Assembly: GCF_004010195.1 (NCBI RefSeq)
Contig: NC_057757.1
Span: 1,437,787-1,484,691 of the forward strand
Source: Chiloscyllium plagiosum
Lineage: Eukaryota
Length of the DNA stretch: 46,905 bases
Direction: 5' to 3'
Both the position numbers and the translations under genes were made by a program. Shown here piece by piece: positions 1-12,236 of the stretch (within the stretch, counting starts at the first letter, position 1; the number at the start of each line of letters is the position of its first letter). Below the pieces are notes generated by a model. The model was not told the origin of the DNA and searched no databases. It saw only the letters and a list, made by a program, of their open reading frames with translations.

Positions 1-13
1 TTATCTTAAACAG

Positions 14-118
14 AAACAAAGACAACTGAGACAATGGAGTCTACATCAGTGGACACAACAGTGACAACCATCGGCTCAAATCCTACCCTGACACCCACTG
101 ATCCGTCAACATCAGGAG
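14..118 (+). CDS. Transmembrane mucin (MUC3/12/17-like), PTS exon 1 of the window: ETKTTETMESTSVDTTVTTIGSNPTLTPTDPSTSG
   Basis: aaacAG acceptor ends at 13 and GTaaat donor starts at 119. 105 nt, phase 1-1, open and Thr/Ser/Pro-rich. Paralogous to exons at 1818 and 3736. The gene continues upstream of the window. Confidence 0.8.
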
Positions 119-614
119 GTAAATGACAGACATTGTGACTTATCGTTAGAACATATCCAATTGTAATTTGTCTCTGAGAGACTGGTACACGACCTCTTCA
201 CCTGCAATTTGGCTTGCACTAATTTTAATTCAGTGCATGACAAATTTATTGTAAACAATTAAATGTCCAGTGGGACGAGTTTCTGAAGTATAGCCAATGT
301 TTAACAAAGCAAGTGATGGGAGCCAATTTATGAACATCAAGATTACTTAGAAAACAAGGGAGAAATATGTGGAATTGATACTGTCTCTTCTTGATGGTAT
401 TTTGGAGATGAAGATTAGCCAAGGATACAATCAATGGTTCAACAGCTTCTGAAGCAATAACACAGTTAAATCCAATTCTCCAACAAGTGACTATGGAAGC
501 AATCACAAAGTAATGTCACTTTGGAGTGTCGATATTGCAGCACTCCCTCTGCAGTGCTGACCTCCAGCCTGGATCTGCTGGCAGTAACTCTGGCGTTGAG
601 TTAATGAGCTTCTG

Positions 615-822
615 GGAGAAAGTGAGGTCTGCAGATGCTGGAGATCAAAGTTGAAACTTTATTGCTGGAACAGCACAGCAGGTCAGGCAGCATCCAGGGA
701 ACAGGAGATTCGACGTTTCGGGCACAGGCCCTTCTTCAGGAAGAAGGGCCTGTGCCCGAAACGTCGAATCTCCTGTTCCCTGGATGCTGCCTGACCTGCT
801 GTGCTGTTCCAGCAATAAAGTT
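615..822. mobile_element. Fold-back insertion of a Penelope-like terminal repeat (84-bp perfect inverted arms) with 14-bp TSD
   Basis: Arms at 654-737 and 740-823. TTAATGAGCTTCTG at 601-614 and 823-836. Empty site in the paralogous unit at ~2414-2433. Confidence 0.85.
708..742 (-). ncRNA. Minimal hammerhead ribozyme-like motif
   Basis: Minus strand reads UUC-CUGAAGA-A-GGGC-CUGU-GCCC-GAAAC-GUC-GAA. Confidence 0.7.
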
Positions 823-1391
823 TTAATGAGCTTCTGACTGAGTTTTATGCGCTCACCCCACAGCACAGAGATAGTCCCAATGTAATAAGCTGCCAATGAG
901 CCTGTCCTGAACAGAGTGACCGTTTCTATTTTATTTCCAGAGAAAGTGCACTGGAGATGTACATTTTAGTGTAAACCAGTCAGGATTGCGACACAATGTA
1001 AGAGCTAAAGTGGCAGCAGGTGGATAACTACATTCAGCCTATTTAGCCTGTTCCATGAAAAATGAATTTGTTTCTTTCTTTTCTTCAATGCTAGTTCCCT
1101 GGATTATTGATGCAGCACTTGATGTTATTAACATATAGATATATTTTGATCATATTCTTGAACACACTGTGACTGAGACTTTTGCACTCAGTGGCATTGT
1201 GTACACAAAAGGTGGATCATCTTCTGACTAAAAACATTTCTCCTTGTTGTTGTCCTGAATTTATCGAGAACATGTTGTTGTCCTTGACCCCACTCCAGTG
1301 GAATTATCTTTCCAGTGTTGATCCAGTTGAAAGAATATGTGTCAGAATGTGCAAATTGTGCTTTTCTGAAAAATGACATGTGGCACTGTAG

Positions 1392-1514
1392 GCGAAAGTG
1401 GGTACTGCAGATGCTGGAGATCAGAGTCAAGATGAGAGTGGTGCTGGAAAAACACAGCAGGTCAGGCAGCATCTAAGGAGCAGGAAAATCGACATTTCAG
1501 GCAGGCGACCTTCA
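1392..1514 (-). mobile_element. Truncated copy of the same Penelope-like terminal repeat; hammerhead degenerate
   Basis: gaaagtg...ctgcagatgctggagatcagag...cagcaggtcaggcagcatc is shared with the copies at 615, 3434, 12237 and 18575. Confidence 0.75.
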
Positions 1515-1817
1515 TATCTTTCCAATGTTGATCCAGTAGAAAGTATGAATGTTAGAATGTGCAAATTGGCCTTTCTGAAAGATGACATGTGGCACTGTAG
1601 TCCTTTGTCAGCCAACCTACTGTGCAGGCTGGATTTGTGCAAGCTCAGTCTGGTCTGGGGTTTGAGACATGCTCAACTCCCTTTATGTTTATAACAAATG
1701 GAAATTGAAATCAAACCATAGCGTTGAACAGAATATGATTCTGATGTGGAAACAGAATGAGATGTGTAAAGAAAATGTATTCAGTATAAAACCTGATACC
1801 AACATTTTTTTGAACAG

Positions 1818-1931
1818 AAACAAAGACAACCATTCAGCACACAACAAGGAAATCCACGCCAGTGGACACAGCAGTGACCCCCAGCAGCCTAAAGCCTACC
1901 CTGACATCCACTGACGAATCAATATCAGGAG
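1818..1931 (+). CDS. Mucin PTS exon 2: ETKTTIQHTTRKSTPVDTAVTPSSLKPTLTSTDESISG
   Basis: tttttttgaacAG acceptor, GTaagt donor, 114 nt, phase 1-1, T/S/P-rich. Confidence 0.8.
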
Positions 1932-2645
1932 GTAAGTGGCAATCATTGTGACCTATCGTTAGAACATATCCAACTGCAATTATTGTCTGAGCGATTGGTA
2001 CACGATCACTTCACCTGCAATTTGTCTTGCCCTAATTTTAATAGAGAGCATAACTGATTTATTGTAAACAATTAAAGTTCCAGAGTGAGGAGTTTCTTAA
2101 GTATAATCAATGTTTAATAGAGTGAGCAATGGGAGCCAATTTATGAACAGCAAGACTACTTAGAAAACAAGGAGGGAATAGGTAGAATGGATACTCTTTC
2201 TTATTGATTATATTTACGGAATAAAAATTAGCTCAGAACACTGTTGAATGTTCAACTCCTTTTGGTCCAATAACACAATTCAATGCACTTCTCCCACACG
2301 GGACCACAGAGCAACCACAAAGTAATGTCACTGCAGAGAGTCGATACCCGTGACAGTGCAGCACTCCCTCTGGCCTCCAGCATAGATCTGCTGGCAGTAG
2401 GTCAGAGGTCGACTTGATGAGCTTCTGACTGAGTTTTGCATGCTTACCACTGAACACAGAGAGAATCCCAATGTCACATCTTGATTGAAGAGGACAGAAA
2501 TAGATACATCCACCCCTTTCAATTTGGAGCAAACATTTCAGCAGATGACAGGGTGTCATAGAATGGGGCGATTTCAGATGGAAATACATTTGGAAGAGTT
2601 GAGAAGAAGGTGTAAACCTCAGCCAACTGGTATTATATTTCACAG

Positions 2646-2729
2646 GAACATCACCAACAGGACAGGTGTCAACATTAACCAGCAGTCCAGAGCATTCAAC
2701 CACATCTGCAGAGACTTCAATGTCAAGAA
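2646..2729 (+). CDS. Mucin PTS exon 3 (second type): GTSPTGQVSTLTSSPEHSTTSAETSMSR
   Basis: atatttcacAG acceptor, GTaaat donor, 84 nt, phase 1-1. Paralog of the exon at 4546. Confidence 0.72.
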
Positions 2730-3433
2730 GTAAATAGGAGACATTATGACATATTTGTGCTGCATTTTTAATTGTTAATGGAGCAGGAAAGAATTTGAAA
2801 ATTGTTTTCCTACAGAGCAGTTCTTGATCTGGCATATGTGGGAAAAATAGTCGATTTTAAATGTACTGCAGGGAGAATAGAACAGAAAATGTACTTTCAC
2901 CAATTTATGGCTCCTGATACCTTTATTAAGCTTGCAAAGGAGCCTGTCCCGAACCGATTGACAGTTACATTTTTGTTTCCAGTGAAAGTACAACAGACCT
3001 TTGCCTTTACAATGCCTTTAGTACAAATCCGTCGGGATTGCTGCAGAATGTAAGAGCATAACGGATAGCAGGAGGATGAGGCCATTCAGCCCATGTAACC
3101 TATTCCATCAAACATGAGAGGATGCCATATCCTTCTTCATAGTCTTGAATATACTAAGTGAATATACCCTCGTGCACTCAGTTGGATTGTGTACACCAAA
3201 GATTCATCATCTTCTGAGTGAAAACATTTCTCCTTGTCTTTGTCCTGAATTTGTACAGAATGTTCCCTTATCCTTGACCCCACTCCAGTGGAATTATCTT
3301 TCCAATGTTGATCCAGTGGAAAGTATGAATGTTAGAATGTGCAAGTTGGGCTTTTCTGAAAGATGACATGTGGCACTGTAGTCCTCCCTCAGCCAACCTA
3401 CTGTGCAACCAAGACTTGCTCAAGTTCAGGCTG

Positions 3434-3590
3434 GGTAAAAACAATGACTGCAGATGTTGGAATCCAGACTCTAGATTAGAGTGGTGCTGGAAAAGCACAG
3501 CAGTTCAGGCAGACATCCGAGGAGCAGTAAAATCGACGTTTCGGGCAAAAGCCCTTCATCAGGAATACAGGCAGAGAGCCTGAAGGGTGG
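3434..3590 (-). mobile_element. Penelope-like terminal repeat fragment carrying a hammerhead motif
   Basis: Same family as above. Absent from the paralogous position at ~1650. Confidence 0.75.
3531..3566 (-). ncRNA. Minimal hammerhead ribozyme-like motif, intact core
   Basis: Minus strand reads AUUC-CUGAUGA-A-GGGC-UUUU-GCCC-GAAAC-GUC-GAUU. Confidence 0.7.
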
Positions 3591-3735
3591 CGACTTATCT
3601 CTGTTTGTAACAAGCAGAAAAAGACAATAGACTATAGAGTTCAACAGCATGTGATTCTGATGTGGAAACAGGCCGAACTGAATAAAGAACATCTATTCAG
3701 AATAAATCTGACACAATTAACATGATTTTAAACAG

Positions 3736-3849
3736 GACCAAAGCCAACAAGTCAGCACTCAACTAGAGAATCTACATCAGTGGACACAACAGTGACAACC
3801 ATCGGCTCAAATCCTACCCTGACACCCACTGATCCGTCAACATCAGGAG
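3736..3849 (+). CDS. Mucin PTS exon 4: xPKPTSQHSTRESTSVDTTVTTIGSNPTLTPTDPSTSG
   Basis: ttttaaacAG acceptor, GTaaat donor, 114 nt, phase 1-1. Confidence 0.8.
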
Positions 3850-4545
3850 GTAAATGGCAGACTTTGTAACTTGTAGTTTCAACATATCCAACTGAAATTA
3901 TTCTTTGAGATTGATACGTGATCACTAAACCTGTTTACCTGCTAAGTGTAATGCCCAATTTTAACACAGTGTGTAACTAATTTACTGTAAACAATTAAAA
4001 TTTCAGAGGGAGGGATTTCTGAAGTGTAGCCATTGTTTAATAGAGCGAGCATTGGGAACCAATTTATGAATAGCAAGATCACTTAGAAAACTTAGAAAAT
4101 AGCCAGAATGGATAATCTCTTTTACTGAAAATGTTCACTGTCGAGGGTTCATCTCCTTTTGATCCAATAACACAATTTCATCCAAACCTCCCAAGCAAGA
4201 GCACAGAAGCAATCACAAAGTAATGTCACATCAGAGAGTCGATACCTGAAACAGTGCAGAGCTCCCTCTGCGTTGCTGAGAGCCAGCTTGGATCTGGTGG
4301 CAGGGACTCTGGGGTAAACCTGATGAGTTTCTGAGTGAGATTTACATGCTTACAGCTGAGCACAGAGAGAATCCCAATGTAACAATTTGATTGAGGAGAT
4401 AAGAAAGAGATGCATCCTTTCATGCTGATGCAAACATTTGAGCAGGTGTTACAATGTCATTAAATCAGGGAGTTCTGGTGTCAATGCAGTTGAAAGTGTT
4501 AACCAGAAAATGTAAACCTCAACAAACGAATGCGATATTTCACAG

Positions 4546-4659
4546 GAATGTCACCAACAGGACAGGTGTCAACAGGTCAATCAATGTCAACTGATGGAAC
4601 AACATTCACCAATAGTCCAGATGTTACCACCACCTCTGCACAGTTCTCAACAACAGGAG
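4546..4659 (+). CDS. Mucin PTS exon 5 (second type): GMSPTGQVSTGQSMSTDGTTFTNSPDVTTTSAQFSTTG
   Basis: atatttcacAG acceptor, GTaaat donor, 114 nt, phase 1-1. Confidence 0.8.
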
Positions 4660-6040
4660 GTAAATGGGAGATATTGTGTCCTCTGGCTGGTTTTTAATTG
4701 GTTTGGCTGGGAACATCTTAGAGTGCATTTTAAAATAGTATTCCAAGAAGGCAGTGCCGGGTCAAATGCTTCTGTGATTGTATATTAGTTTCAAATAACC
4801 TGCAGACCATGGCGAAGGTACAATCCCTTTAACTTGTTAATGGCTCTTTAATCTCTTTAAGGAGCTTGTGATGTTTTCTCTCTTGAACAGAGTGAAGTTT
4901 TCAACTTGGAGAAAGTTTAGCCGACTAGAATCTCATAGTAACAGCTATTGGGGTTGCTGTGGAAAATATGAAATAGGAGCAGAAGGCCTTTCAGTTCTTT
5001 CATCCTGCTACACTATTTAATGCACTCATAGCTAATCTCCATCAACACCATTTCCCTGCACTACTCCATATCCCTCAACGCTTTTAATACACAGAAATAT
5101 ACTGTGCTCAGTCCTGAGCTTACTGAATGGCTGAGCTTCCATTAGGCTCTATGGCAGTACTTTCTAAAGAGTCAGCATTGTCTGAGTGTAGAAGTTCCTT
5201 TTCATCCATGTCCTAAATGGCACGCACCTCCTTCTGTGATTGTGTGCCCTGATTTCAGTCCTCACAACAAGGTAAATCTTCTCTTCAGCATCAATCCTGT
5301 TGGTCTCTGCTAAAACGTTTCATGTTAGAATGAACAGAAGGTTTTATGAATTTTATGGGGTGATCTGTTGCTGGATCAAATATTGGACTTTGTGTTGGTT
5401 CTCATGGCCACCTTGTTCCTCCCTTATCCTCCTGACCATATTATGAGTTGTCTTCTCTTCTTGGCAGACATTAGGCAGCCCCTTACATGTCATCTGCCTG
5501 TCTTTGCTCTGAATTCAGGATGGCAGCTCCTGCCTACTTTGTATTGTAACTGAGGCTGCCTCTTGCCCAATCATCCCATTTACATTTGAAAATAAGTTTG
5601 AATATGCAGGGTAGTTCAGGGACCCGGAATTCTACTGTGTCAAATTTCCAATCCTCCTTTGAAAGTCTGGCCCATTTTTCCAAAACATCAACCAGTTCAC
5701 TGTTAACCAGTTAATATATCTGACAGTCATTCAATGCGAACACTCCAATTTGCTAGTTGCCAATGTCAAGGAATGTGCCCCAGCTAAGAAGTTTCTCTGC
5801 TGTGAAAGGGCTAAAATGATTAGACGCTTATTTAGTCACATGATCAATGTTCCTCTTTCCCAAAACAGGAAGTAAATTACCAAAGGAAGTTTTAATTGAT
5901 TGGAATGTGTTTCTGGTATGTTTTTAGTGTGATTTTAAAAAAAGCAGAACAATGAAGCATTATTTAAGTCAACTTACTCCTGCCTAGACTGAGAGATGGA
6001 GCCTTAAAGTAAATTTAAATCATGAAATAATCACCATTTC

Positions 6041-6409
6041 CAGTTCGATTATCCGAACGAGACTGGCAGGGTGTACTGTATTTTGTTCAGATAAGAGATC
6101 GTTCAGATAACTGGTCTGATTGGAAACAAGCAGTAATTTGAGTGCTGGTTATCCAAAATGCCTCTGTTATCTGGCACTACGCGCTATAATGCCGTTTACC
6201 TGATAACTGATCCGATCATAAACAAGTGGTAATTTATGAGTGCCGGTTATTGAACATGCTTCGGTTATCTGGCAATACACGCCACAATGTCATTTAACTG
6301 ATGACTGAATGCTGAGTTGCCTAATGCGGTTTTTACATGATCTTGAGATCTTGTTTGCATAATCGGAACTTTGGATAATTGATGTCCGGATAATCGAGGT
6401 TGAGTTGAA
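6041..6409. mobile_element. Non-autonomous DNA transposon remnant (Tc1/mariner-pogo/Tigger-like MITE)
   Basis: Inverted motifs tcgattatccg (~6045) and cggataatcga (~6387), internal repeated gttatctggca, and a right end that reads ...caacctcgattatccggac on the minus strand. Confidence 0.4.
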
Positions 6410-7101
6410 TATCTGCTACAATCCTTCCTGAGGGAACTGAACCTGGTGTTGCAGAGGTTGTGCAACTTACACGCTGTACGCACACAGTTGATTCTTTACC
6501 AATTTTACACTAGCATTGGCTAGAAATCACCAAAGATGATCTGAATGGATTTTGATGTATGAAAATAATTTCTTGCAATATCTTGTTTGGTCAAAAAATT
6601 TAAGGAATTGACAACTATTAACAGATACCAAGAAAAATTTAACAAGCATTCACTCACCCGAATTATGCTGAACAGGCTCCCATATGACTCAACATACGTC
6701 ACTTGGAGGGTTGAGTTCACGGATGACCAGGGTTTTAATAGGAACCAGTCTAGCCACAGCTGATGTAGTGAGTTTGTGGAACATAATATCAAAAACATTG
6801 CTGAGGTCACATTGGGGTGTTCACTGTCATGAAGAGCATCCATAGGGAAAATACAGAGTGTAATAACTCAGGAAACCTGACTGGAAAGGAACATCATTTG
6901 TTGTTGAACACTAAAACTGAGCAGTTACTTGTGGTTTACATTGGCTAGTGCAAGCCTAAGACAGACAGTTCTGCAGATCCATCCCTGGGCCTGCTTTATA
7001 CTATTTTCTGATCAACCTATTCAGCGATGTTAATACACACCACTAGAGCAGGTGGTTACTTGAGCTCAGGACTCCTGGTCCAAAGGCAGGGACACCACCA
7101 C

Positions 7102-7335
7102 TGTAGTGATTGTAATGAGCTTATCAGGCAGACCTTTAGAATATAAGTGCCTTCATTATGGTTGTTAATCTGTTTTATTGAGAGACCCCTGGCTGACAGA
7201 TGTGAACAGGAGTGCCAGAGGTTCTATTCACTCTGAGAGCTGGCTCTGAGGAAGCCAGTTCAGTGTCAAGTACTATGAACATCGAAATAAAGGGTGACTT
7301 GGTGATGGGGTACCAGTCTCTGTGGAGTTTATTCA
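7102..7335 (+). mobile_element. Solo LTR, 234 bp
   Basis: TG...CA termini, 5-bp TSD ACCAC (7097-7101 and 7336-7340), TATAA at ~7142 and AATAAA at 7286-7291. Confidence 0.75.
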
Positions 7336-10300
7336 ACCACCATACCACAATAGCTAAGCTCGGGTGTGTATTCTTTTCAGTTTTCCTTGTTTGTCCAACA
7401 CAACCAAATGGCTTCACTGTGACTATCAAATCACTGTGACTTCTGTTTTGTTTTTAACTGTTAGCTGCCACTTGGGTCTGCTTTATAAAGGGCTCAGGTG
7501 ATGAGTTCCTGCCAGGTAGGCTGTTAGTAATGGAGCTCATAATTAATAAGCTACACCAGGCAATTATTTAGCAATTCCCCATGAGCCTTGTAAGGGTTAT
7601 CACAGAGAGAAACCATTGGAACAGAATTACAAAATTGTACAATACAGAAGGAGGCCATTTGGCGCATCATGTCTGCACTGGCTTTCCATGAGAAAAAGTT
7701 ATCTTGTGCTTCTTGACCACCTTACCCCACATTCCTGTAACCCTGCTCATTCTTCCTTTTTAGATAATGATCAATTCCTTCTTAAAAGCCTTAATTTAAT
7801 CTGCCTTCACCACATTCAGGAGTGCACTGCAGATCTTAACCACTCTCAAAGTGAAGAAGTTTTTCTCTACTCTAAAGAAGAAACATCTCTACACTAAAGA
7901 AAACAGTCTCAACTCTCTGATATGACTGAAATTTGTCATCTCTGGAAGCTTTCTCTACTGTTTCTCACTGAGATGAGGGTTGGTAGCCAGATTAGATAAC
8001 TGGTAAAATAACCTGTGGAAAGATGAGAATTTTTTTTTGATGTGACATGGAGTGTGTAGCCTGAAAGTGTCATGGAAGCATATTCAATCAGGCATTTCAA
8101 AAAAGACACGCAGAATCTTACTGTTTTTGGCAAATTCAGCTTCATCGAGTTTCATGGAGGGTTACTCTGCATGAGGTCTATTAAGTTTTCTCATCAAATT
8201 TACCTCATTACCTATGCATCCTGCCCATATGGCACCCCTCTGTCCAAGTTTAGCCCCATCTTACCATCCACTGTAGCCTGAACACCTCTCCACTGCTGGG
8301 ATTTATTGAAATGGACTACCATTCCTATCCCTCATGCTATCCTTTCAAGACCACTATGCACTGGGAAAAATACTGTCAGTCCAAAGCTGCCCTGTATGGT
8401 TCCTGACAATTGTCACACAAATGAAGGAAAAGTGACATCTGTTTTGTGTCCAGAGATCTAGTGGACTGAGTCATGTGGAATGGGATGTCCTCATCTTTAA
8501 TGGAGGCTACCACAGCAGACCATGCCCAGCCCGATCCAAGGTTGAGACCTGGGTGAGTGCAGTCTCAGTCATCTGGAAGAAAGCCCATTGTTGGGGAGAG
8601 ATGTCAAAGAGGAGTCTCCAATTCTGTGTTCAGCAATACAAGTGTGGGAGAGGTCAGATACTGCTCTGAATCTGTCCTTTCCCGCCTTGATCCATAGACG
8701 TAAGAATTCATTTGAGCTGACTTTATCATTATGTAGATTTGATTATTTAGGTCGGAAAGCTGTGATTTTTTATTTTCTTGCTTTCAAGCTGGTGCTGCTT
8801 TGAGGTCACCTAATAACCATTTGTCATTCAGTCCTTTCTTGCCAATGGATGGGAGCTCCTCTCCATTACCTACGTCCTAGTCGGTTACTGCAGCTAAAAA
8901 TCTTTTCCACCATATATATGTGCCAACTACGAATCCACAGGCAGCCATCTTTGGCCACGGGCTAGCCCTACAATAACATCCTCTATGACCTTGGACCATG
9001 TGCCAAGCTGCCCTATATCCTAAGGCATCAACTCTGGTACTAGCAACTGTTCTTCCAACCTCTGCTATCTATTCTCCCACTTCTTGAACTGTCTTTTAAT
9101 GATGCACATCAGCACAATCAATACAATGAAATAACAATGTACCACGCCCACCAGGTAACATAACAATCCATGGATAGATTTGGGTATTTAGGTGCCAGTC
9201 CCACGTTCAGTCCCACCAACTAGGCTCTCTCAGGATCTTGTCTGCTTCATCCGCATGAATCTTGATCTCCTTAGTGTGTTCAGACTACTTGTAGATGATT
9301 TCTTTAGCCTCCTTAATAATGCAAACCCAATCTGCTGTCAGGTGGGGAGTAGGTGACAGTTTAGTGGCAACATACTATAATATCTATTAGTCTGTGTCCA
9401 CAGAATGGACCTCGAGATCATCCTTAAGCATGAAGTCTTTCCCAGTCATGGGTGGGTTTGTTCATTAACAATAAAGTCCCCAGTTATATTGTTGTTGACA
9501 ATATTATATCCCAGTAGATGGCGCTGTTTTCACCCTTTATGACAATAATCCCCTGCTGTGGCTAAATGATAAGTTGACCCAGTCAGTGCATACGTCAGAA
9601 AAGACTGTTTTCACTAATTAAATAGACAGTGTGCAATTCTGATAAGAGTCAAAGCCACAATTGGTAGTCAGTTTCTCTAGGCATGCCCAGTGATTTTCTC
9701 CACAGTGACACTGTGTCAAGTCACAGTGAGTGGGGTCTTTTTAGTGATATTCAGGTCTCCTTATATTATTTGCCTACATCGCCTTAGTGGTAGGTTGTCC
9801 TCATGTCTAGGCATTTGAAGCAATGCTTCCATGCAGCGTCCCTTTTATCATCATCACGGGTGCCCAATACTCTACTGGCAAGGGTTCAATTCCTGAGGTG
9901 ATCGAGGGGTATCTTCTCCCCTACCTCTAGCTCGTACTGATTATCGTCAATAACCAGCTTGTGTAAGTTACCCGTCTCTGCCTCGTGCTCTTCTTGTGAT
10001 ATGTTTCATAATCAAATCCTGAAGAGGTTTCAAAATATAGACAGCATCCAGAAGAACTTGAGAAGAGTCATGTCCGAACTAACTCATTTTCGTTTGGTCC
10101 TGATAACTGCTATATATGACCTTGTGCATCTTCTGCAGTTACTGGCACTTCCTCAAATGTCTGTGCCATTGCAGTAAGCATTGTACCTGCCTGATCAGCG
10201 TACCTATTACCTCATGCTGCGGGGTTGCTACCTTCAGATGTGTTTTAATCTTAATTACTACTGCTTCAGGCAATTTAGCTGCTTCTACCAAATCTTTAAA

Positions 10301-12236
10301 CAGCTCTTTGTGTTCATGTGGCTCCCGAACGAGACGACATATTCTCACCAAGCCCGGGCCATCATATTGTCATGCACTACATCAAAAGCATACCTATCTC
10401 TGTAGATGCTGACTCTTTGACCCCGCCCCAAGCTAATTTCAGTGCTGCTGTTAGGGCTTTTAATTCTGCGATTTGGGTTGCGTATCTACCATGTATCTGC
10501 CCTCCAGCCATCAAGTTTCCTTCAACATCTACCATTCAATCTGGCCAGAAAATGAAATCCAAAACATGATAACTTAAACATCAGGATACTGAAATTAAAT
10601 ATTTACTCAGGCGAAACACACTGCAGATAGTATCTTACTTTGAGGAAGGAGAAAATAAGATATGTCTTTTGACTTAATTTTTTCTTCATCAATGAACTTT
10701 AAATTTTTACAATGCTTTAAGAACAAATTTTAAATCAATATTTCGTAACACGTTTTTCTTTTACCTGACCACTGCTAGTTCCTTAAAGTGACATCACCTT
10801 AACCATACATGTTCCTAACTGGTACAGGCACACGCATACCTTACATTCCCGAAACACAAATTAAACTCAAAATATTCCCAGATTGCGAGCTCCAGGGAAC
10901 GAAAACACACAAATTAGACTAGACACCATTTAACAACTAACAAATTAAGATACATATACACCAGACCAGAAAGAGTAAATCTTTGGTTTTGGGGCTACCG
11001 ACACTCGCGTTCACATCCACACAGGAAAGACTTCTAATCTCGAACAAACACAAAAAGCTGGTCCTTCTCTCTCTCTGTCTGTCACATACTTATAAACACT
11101 TCCTTACTACCTTCCGATGTCAGGTTTTAACTTATTGTTTATCTTCTTTCATAAAGAGAATGAGACGTACAATAGTTTCACATTTCAAATCCAGCAGTTA
11201 TATGGCACACAGTCACAACAAAGCTGTTCACACCCATAAATCTCAGCTTGATAAATATCCACTGAACAAAGAATTTCACTTTTAATTTTGCATTCTGTCA
11301 AAATGCTAACTTTTAAGGCCATATTTTATTTGTTACTTGTTTCTTTTTACTATTCTACTTGCAAACTAGGTGGGTTTGTGAGGTTCCAATTAATTTTAAT
11401 CATATGGTCAATCTGTTCAATAACACTTGCCTTTCTGCTGGGCTAAAAGGTTCTAAGTTAATTTTTTTCCTGTCCTGCTGATTCCCCTGCCTATCTCTTC
11501 AATGTTTAACTACAGCTCACAGAGGAGCTATAGGTGCGGGTCTTTCTGATTCATAGGATGGTAGGTCATCCCACCTCTTCCCGCCCCATGTCAATACAAG
11601 CCCATTTTGTTCTCTAACCCATTCCAGTGAATGTCATCATCCTCGCTGCCCTCTGAGTAGAGCGGGACATTGGTGCCTCCCCTACTGCAACCACTATCTG
11701 GCCTTTGGCTTTAAACTGTCACGTCTGATAGCCACCACCCTCACTGTTCTCGCCTGTCACCGGTTATATTACTGACAAGGGTTGTCTGAATTACAGCACC
11801 TTCTCATATTTATCTTGACCTTGTCCCTTCCACCAAGCTTTCTGCTCTGGTATCAGAGGGGTCTGGGTCATACCCCCTCCTGATCATATTCATGATCATA
11901 TTCATGAAATCCAGCACACTTTGTTCTAAAGACCCTCTGGGCCCCATATTATTTTTCCTTTGTCCTTCAACATGATCCATTCTGGTCCCTTTTCAGCTGT
12001 CATGGTCTTATGCCTCCCTCAGCACGTTTTTCAACCGAGGTGTGCTGCTGTGGGGCTCAGTCCTCCCCAATACTGACTTTCCTCACGCCTTATCAGTCCT
12101 GCTGTAGGGCCTTCTCCTTCCTGGTGCACACTAGGTCAATTGATTGTCTACTGAACACAGCACGACACTCTTCTCCCTCTTAGTTCTTTTCATACTGCAA
12201 CTTACAGCTAGCATTGACTATGGGGTTTGCCAACTA

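Larger units (their letters stand above)
1..4900 (+). repeat. Tandem array of ~1.8-1.9 kb exon-intron units (starts near 1, 1805, 3723) encoding the mucin PTS domain
   Basis: Intron sequences align between units, e.g. 119-600, 1932-2410 and 3850-4320; also 900-1800 and 2940-3720. Confidence 0.9.

Noticed and set aside
635..896. Near-identical ORFs on both strands, suggesting a bidirectional peptide gene (also 18550-18801)
   Set aside because: A direct consequence of the palindromic repeat insertion; no coding evidence.
2233..2835. 200-aa minus-strand ORF
   Set aside because: No recognisable motif, antisense to a mucin exon, and not kept open in the paralogous units.
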